The translations under genes were made by a program, and so were the position numbers. Positions 12,207 to 24,500 of a stretch of DNA of 64,000 nucleotides are shown piece after piece (position 1 is the stretch's first letter; each line of letters begins with the position of its first letter). Where the stretch lies: NCBI GenBank assembly GCA_038087875.1, contig CM075990.1, positions 7,318,001 through 7,382,000 of the forward strand. The letters run 5' to 3'. The notes beneath the pieces are model-generated. The model made no database searches and had not been told where the DNA came from. It worked only from the letters and a program-made list of their open reading frames with translations. This stretch comes from Malacoraja senta. Taxonomy: Eukaryota.

Positions 12207-12559
12207 ATCCTGCAGAGAAAGGCCAGCTCTTCTATACAAAGTGCAGCAAGGATACTGAATGCAGGGGTATTAAAGGCATTGAAGATATCCTGCAAATGAA
12301 GATGAAAGCACAATCCCATCACTGAAGGTCATCATGCTCCAGCGTTATCTTGCCATCTATTTTTCTGAGGGCCTGAAATTTTCCGAGGGCTCTGAAATTT
12401 CTCGCATGGGCCATGAATATGAACAGTATGCTTTCTATAGTGCATCTGTAGACATTTCTAAGAGTCACTGGAGACATGGCACATTTCCTCAGCCTTCTCA
12501 AAACAAGATTTTTTAAATCTGCACTTCCAGCGCAGCTCGAACACGACATTTTGCTCCAT

Positions 12560-13111
12560 GTTCACAACAGGAGCAGAATTAGGCCCATCAAGTAAGTCTA
12601 TTCTACCATTCAACCATGGCTGATCTTATCCCTCTTAACCCATTCTCCTGCCTTCTCCCCATTCCTGTGCTAATCAAGAATCCATCTATCTCTGCCTTAA
12701 AAATATCCATTGATGGCCTCCACAGCCTTCTGTGGCAATGAATTCCACTGATTCACCACCATTTGGCTAATGAAATTCCTCCTCATCTCCTTCCTAAAGG
12801 AACGTTGTTTAATTCTGAGGCTATGACCTCTAGTCTTAGACTCTCCCACTAGTGGAAACATCCTCTCCACATCCACTCTATCCAGGCCTTTCACTATTCA
12901 GTAAGTTTCAATGAGGTCCCCCCCTCATCCTTCAAAACTCCAGCGTATACAGGCCCAGTGCCGTCAAACACTCATCATATGTTAACCCACTCATTCCTGG
13001 GATCGTTCTTGTAAACTTCCACTGGACCCTCTCCAGCGCCTGATATGGGACCCAAAATTGCTCACAATAGTCCAAATGCAGTCTGACCAGCGCCTCATAG
13101 AACCTCAGCAT
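12560..13111 (-). mobile_element. CR1 LINE 3' fragment
   Basis: ORFs 12697-12894 and 12932-13114 carry CR1 C-terminal motifs. Confidence 0.88.
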
Positions 13112-13686
13112 CAAGAGCGGAACTCGCTATCAAAACATGGAGGGGATGGGGGACACAATTTTTTGGCGGCCGCGCTCGCATGCGCACACTCACACACACG
13201 CGCGCGCGAGGCTTCGGGACACCTGCCCGGACTGACGGCACACTAGCGCTGATTCTCCGCGCTGGCCATATTTCCCGCAAGCCCAGGCAGATTAACCTGG
13301 CGGGACAGGCAGAGTGAGCTGGGTTTAGTGCTGTTTCTCTGCGCCGGCTGTGGGTCTGGGGGCGCCACGCCCGTCTGACTCCCGACCTCTCTGGCCACCC
13401 GTGGGGGGGGGGGGGCACTCGGGACGGCGCCGGAGACCCGGCCGGGATCGATCCTGCCTGCGGATGAGGCGCAGGTCTGTGCCACGTCTCCCTCTTCCAA
13501 TCGCCGCGCCCTCGATCATCAATCCCACCCCCACCCCCCACTCCTCCCTCCTCCAATCATCGCGCCCTCTATCATCAATCCCACCCCCACTGTCACGCGG
13601 ATCACAAAAACTTGGGGGGATATCCCCGACCTCTCAAAACATGGGGGGGACGTGTCCCCTCTACCCCCCGGGTTTTCCGCCCCCTG
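13112..13686. mobile_element. Non-autonomous hAT-like DNA transposon (GC/CpG-rich, 575 bp)
   Basis: 8-bp direct repeat ctcagcat at 13104-13111 and 13687-13694; imperfect terminal inverted repeats caagagcggaa / ttccgccccctg. Confidence 0.72.
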
Positions 13687-13688
13687 CT

Positions 13689-14458
13689 CAGCATTACATC
13701 CCCAACATTACATCCCCAGCATTACATCCCCCAACATTACATCCCCAGCATTACATCCCCAGCATTACATCCCCAGCATTACATCCCCCAGCATTACATC
13801 CCCAGCATTACATCCCCAACATTACATCCCCAGCATTACATCCCCCAGCATTACATCCCCAGCATTACATCCCCAGCATTACATCCCCCAACATTACATC
13901 CCCAGCATTACATCCCCCAGCATTACATCCCCAGCATTACATCCCCAGCATTACATCCCCCAACATTACATCCCCAGCATTACATCCCCAGCATTACATC
14001 CCCAGCATTACATCCCCAGCATTACATCCCCAGCATTACATCCCCAGCATTACATCCCCAGCATTACATCCCCAGCATTACATCCCCCAACATTACATCC
14101 CCAGCATTACATCCCCAGCATTACATCCCCAACATTACATCCCCAGCATTACATCCCCAGCATTACATCCCCAGCATTACATCCCCAGCATTACATCCCC
14201 AGCATTACATCCCCAACATTACATCCCCAGCATTACATCCCCAGCATTACACCCCCAACATTACATCCCCCAGCATTACATCCCCAGCATTACATCCCCA
14301 GCATTACATCCCCAGCATTACACCCCCAACATTACATCCCCCAGCATTACATCCCCAGCATTACATCCCCAACATTACATCCCCAACATTACAGCCTCAG
14401 CATTACATCCCCAACATTACATCCCCAACATTACATCCCTCAACATTACAGCCTCAGC
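13689..14458. repeat. Minisatellite, 14-15-bp unit cagcattacatccc(c), roughly 50 copies
   Basis: Directly visible tandem array with g/a and C-run variants. Confidence 0.98.
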
Positions 14459-15215
14459 GTGTTTATTTTCTCTTCTGCGCTTCCTAATGTGCTCATGAAT
14501 AATATGATTTGACTGGATAACGCTCTAAACAAAATCTTTCACTGAATCTCGGTCCACATGACAACAATAAACAAACGGTTTCATTACAAGAAATGTCTTT
14601 GAATTCTGCGATAAATTCTATCTCCAGATTAGCAACATGACCATGGTCAATAGAGATTTGTTCCAGCTTATGTAGAGGGAGTGGGAGAATGCTGGCTTTT
14701 AAAAGAATCATAAGCTCCTGTTGTGTTGCCATGGAAATCTTGAGAACACGGGGCACTTGGACACATTCAAAATTAAAAAAAATCATTGACATTTTCAATA
14801 TCATGGTCTTTCTAACAAAGTTGAAACTACAATTAAAATAAAACCCACTACTGTCCTTGACACCGCAGATTTTAAATTGGTTTGAAAATCAATAGTCACA
14901 AGTGGGGAAAATGGTTTTCAAAATGTGTGACAGGGATTCAAACAACTGTGGACACAAACACATGAAAGTCATCGCCCGCAATACGCTTGCTGGGTGATGC
15001 AAGGTTAGATATTATTCCAACATTTGGAGATCTCAATCTTTATTCCCTGAGTCAGAGAGAAGAAATCAAGTTAAGTGCATTCTTTAGACATCAAGACAAA
15101 TATCCAAAGGAACTAACAACTCAAAGCATTAAAATAAGAGAACGGCTAGACTCTCTTCTCATGGAAGAGAGCATCATGAGACTATCTTTTTTCCAAAGGG
15201 ATGACAAAGTGATTA

Positions 15216-15416
15216 TAGACAAAAAGCTGGAGTAACTCAGCGAGTCAGACAGCATCTCTGGAGAAAAGGAATAGGTGATATTTCAGGTCGAGGCCCTTCT
15301 TCAGACCCGAAATGTCACCAATTCCTGTTCTCCAGAGATGCTGTCTGACCAGCTGAGTTACTCCAGCTTTCTGTGTCTATCTTCAGTTGAAACAGCATCT
15401 GCAGTTCCTTCCTACA
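15216..15416. repeat. Head-to-head inverted pair of the Penelope-derived short repeat
   Basis: Inverted arms centred on 'cccttcttcagacccgaaa' (~15294-15312). Confidence 0.85.
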
Positions 15417-15544
15417 CTTCAGTAATTCAACCTGGACTAAGAAAAATATCACAGCATACTGCAAGGAACCAAAGGGGTTAGTACTGATCTTTTCAAATCA
15501 GGTTGTAAGCTGAAAGGAAATATTAAAGAACCTGTTATATTCAA

Positions 15545-16030
15545 GTACAAGCTGGAAAGGGAACAGAGAAGATTGACAAAGATGTTGCCAGGGTGTGAGC
15601 TATAGGGAGAGGTTGAGTAGGCTGGGACTCCATTCCCTGGAGCTCAGGAGGATGAGGGGAGATCTTATAGAGGTGTATAAAATCATGAGAGGAATAGATC
15701 GGGTAGATGCACAGAGTCTCTTGCCCAGAGTAGGGGAATCGAGGACCAGAGGACATTGGTTTAAGGTGAAGGGGAAAAGATTTATTAGGAATCTGAGAGG
15801 TAACTTTTTCACACAAAGAGTGGCGGGTGGAACAAGCTGCCAGAGGAGGTAGTTGAGATGGGCACTATCCTAATGCTTTAGAAGCAGTTAGGTACATGGA
15901 TAGGACAGGTTTGGGGGGGATATGGACCAAATGCAGGCAGGTGGGACCAGTGTGGCTGGGACATATTGGCCAGTGTGAGCATGTTGGGCCAAAGGGCCTG
16001 TTTCCACACTATATCACTCCATGACTGCAA
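15545..16030 (+). mobile_element. CR1/HER1-type LINE 3' fragment with the tail shared by HE1-type SINEs
   Basis: ORF 15595-15852 is a CR1 C-terminus; tail 'gggccaaagggcctgtttccacact'. Confidence 0.85.
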
Positions 16031-17081
16031 CTCTACAAAAACCTTCTCTGGATCCCTGAGGTGTGGTTCTCATGATCGATTTATAAGTCAACATATAAAT
16101 GGAGATGACACCAGTATTATCCGGCTCTGCCCCCAGCTGGCTATTGAAGGTGGCAAAACTCAGATTCATTTCACCAATTCATCAGGTTGCTAATGAGCTT
16201 AAACCTTTTCTTCATCAAAGCATTTTTTTTTCTCATGTTAACAGTGCAACGTGAAATATTTATCTTTGCAGTCTTCTAGCAGGCAGGCATGTCGAGGTTG
16301 AAACAATCACAGGGGATAATGAGACAATCAGATTGTCATGGGTGTGATTTTATTGTACATGAAATGAGGATGGTGCAAAGAAGATATTGACAACTTTCAG
16401 ATAATTGACGTCAGGACTGATGCCTGTGCATGCTCTGAATGATCATCAGGGTGAGTCTGGTTCAAAATCACCCAGAGTTAATGAGAGAGTAATTATTTAA
16501 GGTGGAAGAATGGCTTGCAAAAGAACCTGGACAATGTTGATTACCTGTAGAGTAACAGCTACGATTCAGAGATGAAGCTCTTTACGGTACAGAGTAAGAT
16601 TAGTGTGTAAGTTTGTAGTTTTGTATTGCATTCTATGTCGTTATTTACAGGGCTTGTAATTATGGGGTTTTTTTGTGGCATTTATTTTGGTTTAAACTTT
16701 TAAGTGCTCTGGGTTATTCTGTTGTGTATCTTGTCTTGTTTCACCCTAGCTGGCCAAGGATAGCTCTGACTTCAGTCTAAAGATGGGTCCAAACCCAAAA
16801 GGCCCCATGATCATGTTCTCCAGAGATGCTGCCTGATCCACTGAAATGGATCATTACTGCTTGAAAATTCAATTGTGCGCCGTTCTTTGAAATCATGCAT
16901 TTTTGTGATTGCAGAGTGCTTTGGATATTCACTGAAATCAGGAGAGTAACCATTCTGCCAAACAAAACTGGACATAAAGCTGCAATTCCATGACTTCATG
17001 ATGATAATCATTCCGAGTTCCTTCTCCAGCTTCGAGCAGGCACCTCAGTCTGAAGAAGGATCTCGACCCAAAACATCATTA

Positions 17082-17760
17082 CAATAGATAATAGACAATA
17101 GACAATAGGTGCAGGAGTAGGCCATTCGGCCCTGCGAGCCAGCACCGCCATTCAATGTGATCATGGCTGATCATCCACAATCAGTACCCCGTTCCTGCCT
17201 TCTCTCCATATCCCCCGACTACGCTTTCTTTAAGAGCCCTATATAGCTCTCTCTTGAACGTATCCAGAGAACCTGCCTCCACCGCCCTCTGAGGCAGTGA
17301 ATTCCAGACTCACAACTCTCCGTGAGAAAAAGTGTTTCCTCGTCTCCGTTCTAAATGGCTCACCCCTTATTCTTAAACTGTGGCCCATGGTTCTGGACTC
17401 CCCCCAAATCGGTGACATGTTTCCTGCCTCTAGCATGTCCAAACCGTTAACAATCTTATATGTTTCAATAAAGATCCCCTCTCATCCTTCTGAACTCCAG
17501 AGTATACAGGCCCAGCCACTCCGTACTCTCAGGATATGACATCCCGGGAATTAACCTTGTAAACTTACGCTGCACTCCCTCAATAGCAAGAATGTCCTTC
17601 CTCAAATTAAGGGACCAAAACTGCACTCCAGGTGTGGTCTCACCAGGGCCCTATACAACTGCAAAAAGACCTCTTTGCTCCTATACTCAACTCCTCTTGT
17701 TATAAAGGCCAACATGCCATTTGCTCTCTTCACTGCCTGCTGTACCTGCATGCTTATTGA
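17082..17760 (-). mobile_element. CR1 LINE 3' fragment
   Basis: ORFs 17239-17442 and 17602-17802; (caataga)n tail. Confidence 0.88.
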
Positions 17761-18749
17761 CCACCAAACCTGCAAACATCTGAAACTGAATTCTTGGCCC
17801 AATCATCAAATGAGTCTCAAGAGGTGCAGCCTCAGGAATGCGACTAATATCATCCAAATCGCCACACCACCCTGGCCACGCTCCCATCTCACGGCTACAC
17901 AACTACACGCCAGGAAGACAGCGCCGGAGACTGAGAATCATGATCTTCAGGTTCAAGAACAGTTTCTTTTCTCATCGACCATCGTCAACCATCTGCACAA
18001 CCCAAACCTCAACCCTACCTCAGTAACCAATTGCTATGGATTTTGAGCAAAACTCCAACTGCTGCAGGAACCTGGCGGGCCAGGCAGCATAAGTGGAGGG
18101 AATGGACGGGTGAGGTATTGTGTCAGGACCCTTCCTCAGTCCATGTACTTTGCTGAGGCTGCACTAGGAATTTTGGTTAGGATTATTATGGCCTGATCAC
18201 CTGGTATAACTGAAAAATTTATAGTATTATTGTTGACTGTATATTTATTTAATGTGCCCATAAAATAGCAGCAAATAAAAAATCATCGTTGTGTTCCTGG
18301 CGCATACGATAATTAAACATTCTTGACTCAAAGCTCATCACTTCCCAGGCTTAAACAACACCTCTCTGACCCCCCCTGTGGTAATGACTCTTCATGCGGT
18401 TTAATGAACAACTATTTATCCGACTGTACTTCACTGGAACACAATACATGCTAAGGGTTTTTTTAAATCTGAAATATAGTGTCAACGGTTTTAACCTGAG
18501 TGTCATATCAATAGTGGACCTTTGACCCTTAGGTGGAAAGAGGAATTGGCAAGGGATGGGGGAGTGAAGGTCACCGACAGAGGTTCACAGCAATCATTCC
18601 AAAGGTCCAAAACGGAGCGAATTATCTCAACCCCCAGCGGGTGGTGTCACCAGCTGCAACGCTGTCATACTGAGCAAATAATGTGGTCACTGCGGCCCAT
18701 AGCTGCTGGGAGCCTGTCTTAAAGGTTGGTGAAGGCTGCTGGGCTCAAA

Positions 18750-19080
18750 CATAGACATAGAAATCACAGAAAATAGGTGCAGGAGTAGGCCATTCGGCCC
18801 TTCGAGCCAGCACTACCATTCAATATGATCATGGCTGATCATCCCCAATCAGTACCCCGTACCTACTGCTTCCCCATATCTCTTGATTCCGTTAGCCCTC
18901 AGAGCTAAATCTCTCTCTTGAAAACATCCAGTGAATTGGCCACCACTACCTTCTGTGGCAGAGAATTCCTCAGATTCACAACTCTCTGGGTGAAAAAGCT
19001 TTTTCCTCATCTCAGTCCTAAATGGCCTGCCCCTTATTCTTAAACTGTGACCCCTGGTTCTGGACTTCCCCAACATCGGG
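18750..19080 (-). mobile_element. CR1 LINE 3' fragment
   Basis: GKSRTRGHSLRIRGRPFRTEMRK motif and 3' UTR. Confidence 0.85.
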
Positions 19081-19236
19081 TACAGAGCAAACTCAGGTGT
19101 ATCTGACAAAGTTAAGTTCCGCTTGGCAGAATGTCTATCCAGAGCACACTGCAATCACAAGAAACGCATGATTTTAACACTGAAAATCCAACGAAAAACT
19201 GCAGATGTTGGAAGCCCGAGATAAAACTGAGAATAG

Positions 19237-19438
19237 ATTAAAAAAGCTGGAGTAACTCAGCGGATCAGGCAACATCTCTGGAGAAAAGGAATAGGTGACG
19301 TTTCGGATCGAGACACTTTATCTCCACCCGAAACATCACCTATTCCTTTTCTCCAGAGATGCTGCCTGACCCGCTGAGTTACTCCAGTTTTTTGTGTCTA
19401 TCTTTGCTTTAAACCAGCATCTGCAGTTCCTTCCTAAA
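19237..19438. repeat. Head-to-head inverted pair of the Penelope-derived short repeat
   Basis: Inverted arms around ~19310-19328. Confidence 0.85.
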
Positions 19439-19760
19439 CATAAAGCTGACAAATGTTGGAAATGCTCGTGGAATGAGAGACAGAGTTATCAAAGGGTTTT
19501 TGACCTGAAAGATTTCTCTTTCCACAAATGCAACCTGACCTTCAGAGCTTTTGCAGAATTTTACAATTCTAAAGTTACTATGGATATCATGCTATTGTTG
19601 ATAAGATATCTGGAGGTGTTTGTGCATTATGAACCTGTGGCCCGAGTGCTCCCCTTGGTAGACTCAGGGACAGTAGTTACTGCAGGAAGGAACTGCAGAA
19701 TCTTGCGTAAAACACAAAGCAGGTCGAGCAGCATCTAGGGACCCTTTGTCAGACTGGTAA

Positions 19761-20052
19761 AGGGCCTGTCCCACTTTCCCGAGTTATTCATGAATTCTCC
19801 TGAGTTATTCACGAATTCTCCCGAGTTTTCAAACTCGCAGAATGTTCGTAACGAGTCCGTCGGAGTCCGTAGATATATCGTAGCGGCTCGTTATGCCAGC
19901 CGTAGGTACTCGGGGCTATTTTTTTACTCGTGGACATTTTTCATCAGGCCGAAAAAACGTCCCGACTTACCTGATGCCCCGAGCTGGCATTACGAGCCGC
20001 TACGATATATCCACGGACTCCTACGGACTCGTTACGAAACATTCTGCGAGTT
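19761..20052. mobile_element. Harbinger-like MITE, left part, runs into the assembly gap
   Basis: taa + TIR agggcctgtcccact; CpG-rich interior. Confidence 0.7.
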
Positions 20053-20252
20053 NNNNNNNNNNNNNNNNNNNNNNNNNNNNNNNNNNNNNNNNNNNNNNNN
20101 NNNNNNNNNNNNNNNNNNNNNNNNNNNNNNNNNNNNNNNNNNNNNNNNNNNNNNNNNNNNNNNNNNNNNNNNNNNNNNNNNNNNNNNNNNNNNNNNNNNN
20201 NNNNNNNNNNNNNNNNNNNNNNNNNNNNNNNNNNNNNNNNNNNNNNNNNNNN
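20053..20252. other. Assembly gap (200 N)
   Basis: Run of n. Confidence 1.
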
Positions 20253-20331
20253 TCCCCTAGAAAAGGTTGCCTGATGTCTGCTGCAGAACTTTTAGTCCAT
20301 GCAACATGGATATTAATAAGTAATACTGTGT

Positions 20332-20656
<325 letters not shown>

Positions 20657-20734
20657 TTTGGGAAATTATTGGTAAATATTCTAAGAGTCAGGATTTATGT
20701 TCACTTAGAAACGCAGAAATATTTTTAGTTTGCT

Positions 20735-21592
20735 ATAAGATAAGATAAACATTTATTGTCACGTACACCAATTGGTGCAGTGAAATTTGACTTGCCACGC
20801 AGCACACAAATAAAGATAACATCCAAGAATTTAACAACAACATAAAAACATCCCCCACAATGGTTCCCACTGTGGGGGAAGGCAGCAAAGTCCAGTCTCA
20901 TCCCCAGTTCACCCATAGTCGGGGCCTATTCAGGCCTCTGCAGTCGCCGCTAAGGCAGCCCGATGCTTCAGGCCCTCTCGCCGGATGATGAAGCTCTGGC
21001 GTCGGGTGAACACTCTCAACGGCCCGGAGTGTCTGGAGCGGCCGCCTCCTCCCAGTAGCCCACGGCTCCCGAAGTCCACGAGCCGCGCTGGTCGATGCTC
21101 CGACTCTGGCGACCTCGTCGTGAGATCCCAGGCTTCACAGTGTTTGAAGCTCAGCGCCGCACGCGGCTGGAAGCTCCACTGACCGCAGACCGCTGACCGC
21201 TGACCGCAGCTCCGCGATGTTGGTGCCGGCTGTCATAGCTCTCCGGAGCTTGCTGCACGGCGACCCGGGTTAGGCATCGCCCGCTCCGCGATGGTACTTC
21301 AGCGCTGTGCCGCCGCCGAAGCTGAAGTCCTGGCCGGTCCCGGCAGGAAAACGCCGCTCCAGTCTGCCCGTAGGCCGCGAGGAAGGTGCGAAGATACGGC
21401 TCGGAGAAAAGCCGCATCTCCGACCAGGTAGGGACTGCGAAAATAGTTTCCCCCTTCCCCCCCCCAACCCCCCACATAAAAAGACTAAAGACCTCCAAAA
21501 ACAAACACTTTTAACTAACTAAAAATTTAAAAAAGGGTGAAAAAACTAACAGCTGCTGGCAGGGCAGCCATACTCGACGGCGCCCCAGGTGG
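20735..21592 (-). mobile_element. GC-rich non-autonomous retroelement (SINE-like), family also at 40234 and 51380
   Basis: (tctta)n tail plus 'tttcactgcaccaattggtgtacgtgacaataaa' 3' end; blocks shared with the other two copies. Confidence 0.65.
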
Positions 21593-21595
21593 ATT

Positions 21596-24500
21596 CTAGA
21601 ATTGTGATACTAACATTTGAATTGGAGACTAACAAATACTTCAATTATGGAATAAAACTATTGTTTCCCTCCCCCCCATAAATTGTTTTCATTGTAATTG
21701 AAACTTTTCTTTTAAGGAAAGTACGGAGCTAGTAATATTTTTTTTTTAACAAAAGCTACGGAAGTCTTTAGATGTTTAGCCACACTAGGGTGGCTATCAT
21801 TAACTGCACTAATCATAGTTGTAGTTTTCTTCTTTTTCTATTTTTTACACGTTACTAATACAACATTTTATTACCTTTTCTATCTTATGTTATATTATAT
21901 TTTGTATTTGGAATGGAATTATATGTTTTATTTAGGGAGATATGTCCGGATGAAAAACCGACGAGACTTAGAATTCATCTACCTGTGGTTCAAGTATAAG
22001 GTAGGGTTTAGTGCGCTGATCCAGCTGCTCCAACATAGACCACTTTAATTACAAGATGCAAGACGTTAATATGAAAATTGGGGGTGAAGGAATTAAATTT
22101 TGTAGCTGGAATGTTAAGGGAATTAATGAACCAATCAAGAGAGGTAAAGTATTAGCCTATTTAAAATCACTCAAAGCAGATGTAATATTTCTCCAGGAAA
22201 CACATCTTAAAAAGGAAGCACAACATAGATTGAAAGCCAAATGGATTGCTAAAACGTATCATTCTTCATTTTCACATAAATCTAGAGGGGTAGCAATATT
22301 AATTCGTAAAGGTATACCCTTTAAACATATATCAACGACAGAAGATTATTGAAGGCAGATATATTGTATTAGTAGGGGAGTTATACTCAAAAAAAGTGAC
22401 TCTCCTTAATGTATATGGACCAAATTTTGATAGCCCCCTGTTCTTTAAGAGAATACTTAACATTATCCCGGAATGTACACAACATAATTTAATTATCGGT
22501 GGAGACTTAAATTGTACACTGGATGCTTACTTGGATAGATCATCAAGTCAAAGAAATTAAAATCTCAGTCAAGTGAATTCCTAAATTCATATATTAATAC
22601 TACAAACATTAAGGATGTTTGGAGAATTGAAAACCCATCGGGTCGAGAATACTCATTCTACTCACCCGTGCATAAAACATACTCAAGGATAGACTATTTC
22701 TTAGTAGACTCTAAACTTATCCCATTTACCTATAATTCGCAATATCATAATATTATAATATCGGACCATGCTCCACTTACATTTATGATTAAACTAAAAG
22801 GAATGACCGAGATAAAGACACAATGGAGACTTAACCCCCAAATCTTGAAAGAAAAGTTATGTAATGAATACCTCGTAAAACAGATTAATATGTTTTTCGA
22901 GGCTAATGACAGCTCTGGAATCTCCGCCTCCCTTCTTTGGGAAACATTTAAAGCATTTGTGCGAGGAGCATTAATCTCCTCCCAATCATTTATTAACAAA
23001 GAGAATAGGGCCAAACAACAGTCTTTGGAAACGGAAATAAGACAATTAGACATAGAAAATGCAATAGCACCATCTATGGTAAAACACAATAAAATTGCAG
23101 TACTGAAATATGTTAAACAAGATATACTCAGACCAAGTAATAAAACTATATCAACGTACAAAACAATTACATTTTGAATTTGGAGATAAACCACAAAAAC
23201 TATGGCGCGTCAACTTCGTAAACAGGACGGGGAAAAAACAATTTACAAAATTAGGTCAGATAAGGGAGAAACATTAACACTACCTAAAGATATTAATGAT
23301 AGAGATTTTTTACAATATTATCAAAAATTGTATTCAGCTAAAACAACAGAACAACCAGTAGGAATGGAAACATTTCTACAGAAATGTAATCTTACAGGTC
23401 TAGATCAGAAAGAGAGAGAATCACTAGATGTAGAAATTACGGTAAAAGACATCGAGGAGTCAATTAGATCTTTAAAAAATGGTAAGGCCGCAGGTCCTGA
23501 TGGTCTAAGCTCTGAATTTTATAAAAGATTTTACGATCTGATTTCTCCACGTCTACAGAGACTTTACAAACAAGCATATACTCAACAGAAACTTCCAGAA
23601 ACTCTAAATGAATCTACAATCATACTTATACCGAAACCGGATAAGGACCCTGAAGACCCAGGTTCATATAGAGCAATAGCTCTCTTAAATACTGATCAGA
23701 AAATATTAACCAAAATTCTATCTCATAGATTGAGCTTAGTGATTAACAAATTAATACACCCGGACCAAACAGGTTTTATTCCAAAACATTACTCATTTTA
23801 TAATTTGAGAAGACTATTCATTATTATACATACAAATAGAATTCCAAATGCAGATCTAGCAATTATTTCAATAGATGCTGAAAAGGCATTTGACCAGGTA
23901 GAATGGACATATTTATTTTCGGTAATGAAAAAAATTCAATTGGGAGAGAAGTTCTGCACATGGGTTAAATTGTTATACTCTATTCCAACAGCTAGAATAT
24001 TAACAAATCAAATGTTATCAGCCAAATTTAATCTTTCTAGAGGTTGTAGACAAGGATGTTCACTATCCCCACTATTATTTGCTCTTGCAATTGAACCATT
24101 AGCAGAAAGCGTTAGAACCCATCCAGGAATACATGGATACAACATTAGAGATACAAGGAATAAAATGTCCTTATATGCAGATTTTGTATTAATATATATT
24201 ACAAAGTTAGAAACTAGTATTCCAAATCTATTAAATCTAATAACACAATTTGGTCAGTTCTCAGGATATAGGATTAATTGGAATAAAAGTGAAATTATGC
24301 CAATAACAAAATTCAACTTAAATACAATACAACAATCCCCTTTTAAAATAGTTAAAGATAAACTTAAATATTTATGAATCTATGTAACTAAGACATATAC
24401 CTCTTTATTTAAACAAAATATTCCATCCTTACTTAATAAATTACACAAACATATTCAGTACTGGAAAACACTTCCTATTTCAATGCTTGGTAGAATTAAT

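Noticed and set aside
13689..14458. CRISPR-like or telomere-like array
   Set aside because: No unique spacers and not TTAGGG; the unit derives from adjacent CR1 sequence
13350..14512. Three long ORFs (286-382 aa) of ITSPALHPQHYIP repeats
   Set aside because: Stop-free translation of a 14-15-bp minisatellite in all three frames; no evidence of a gene
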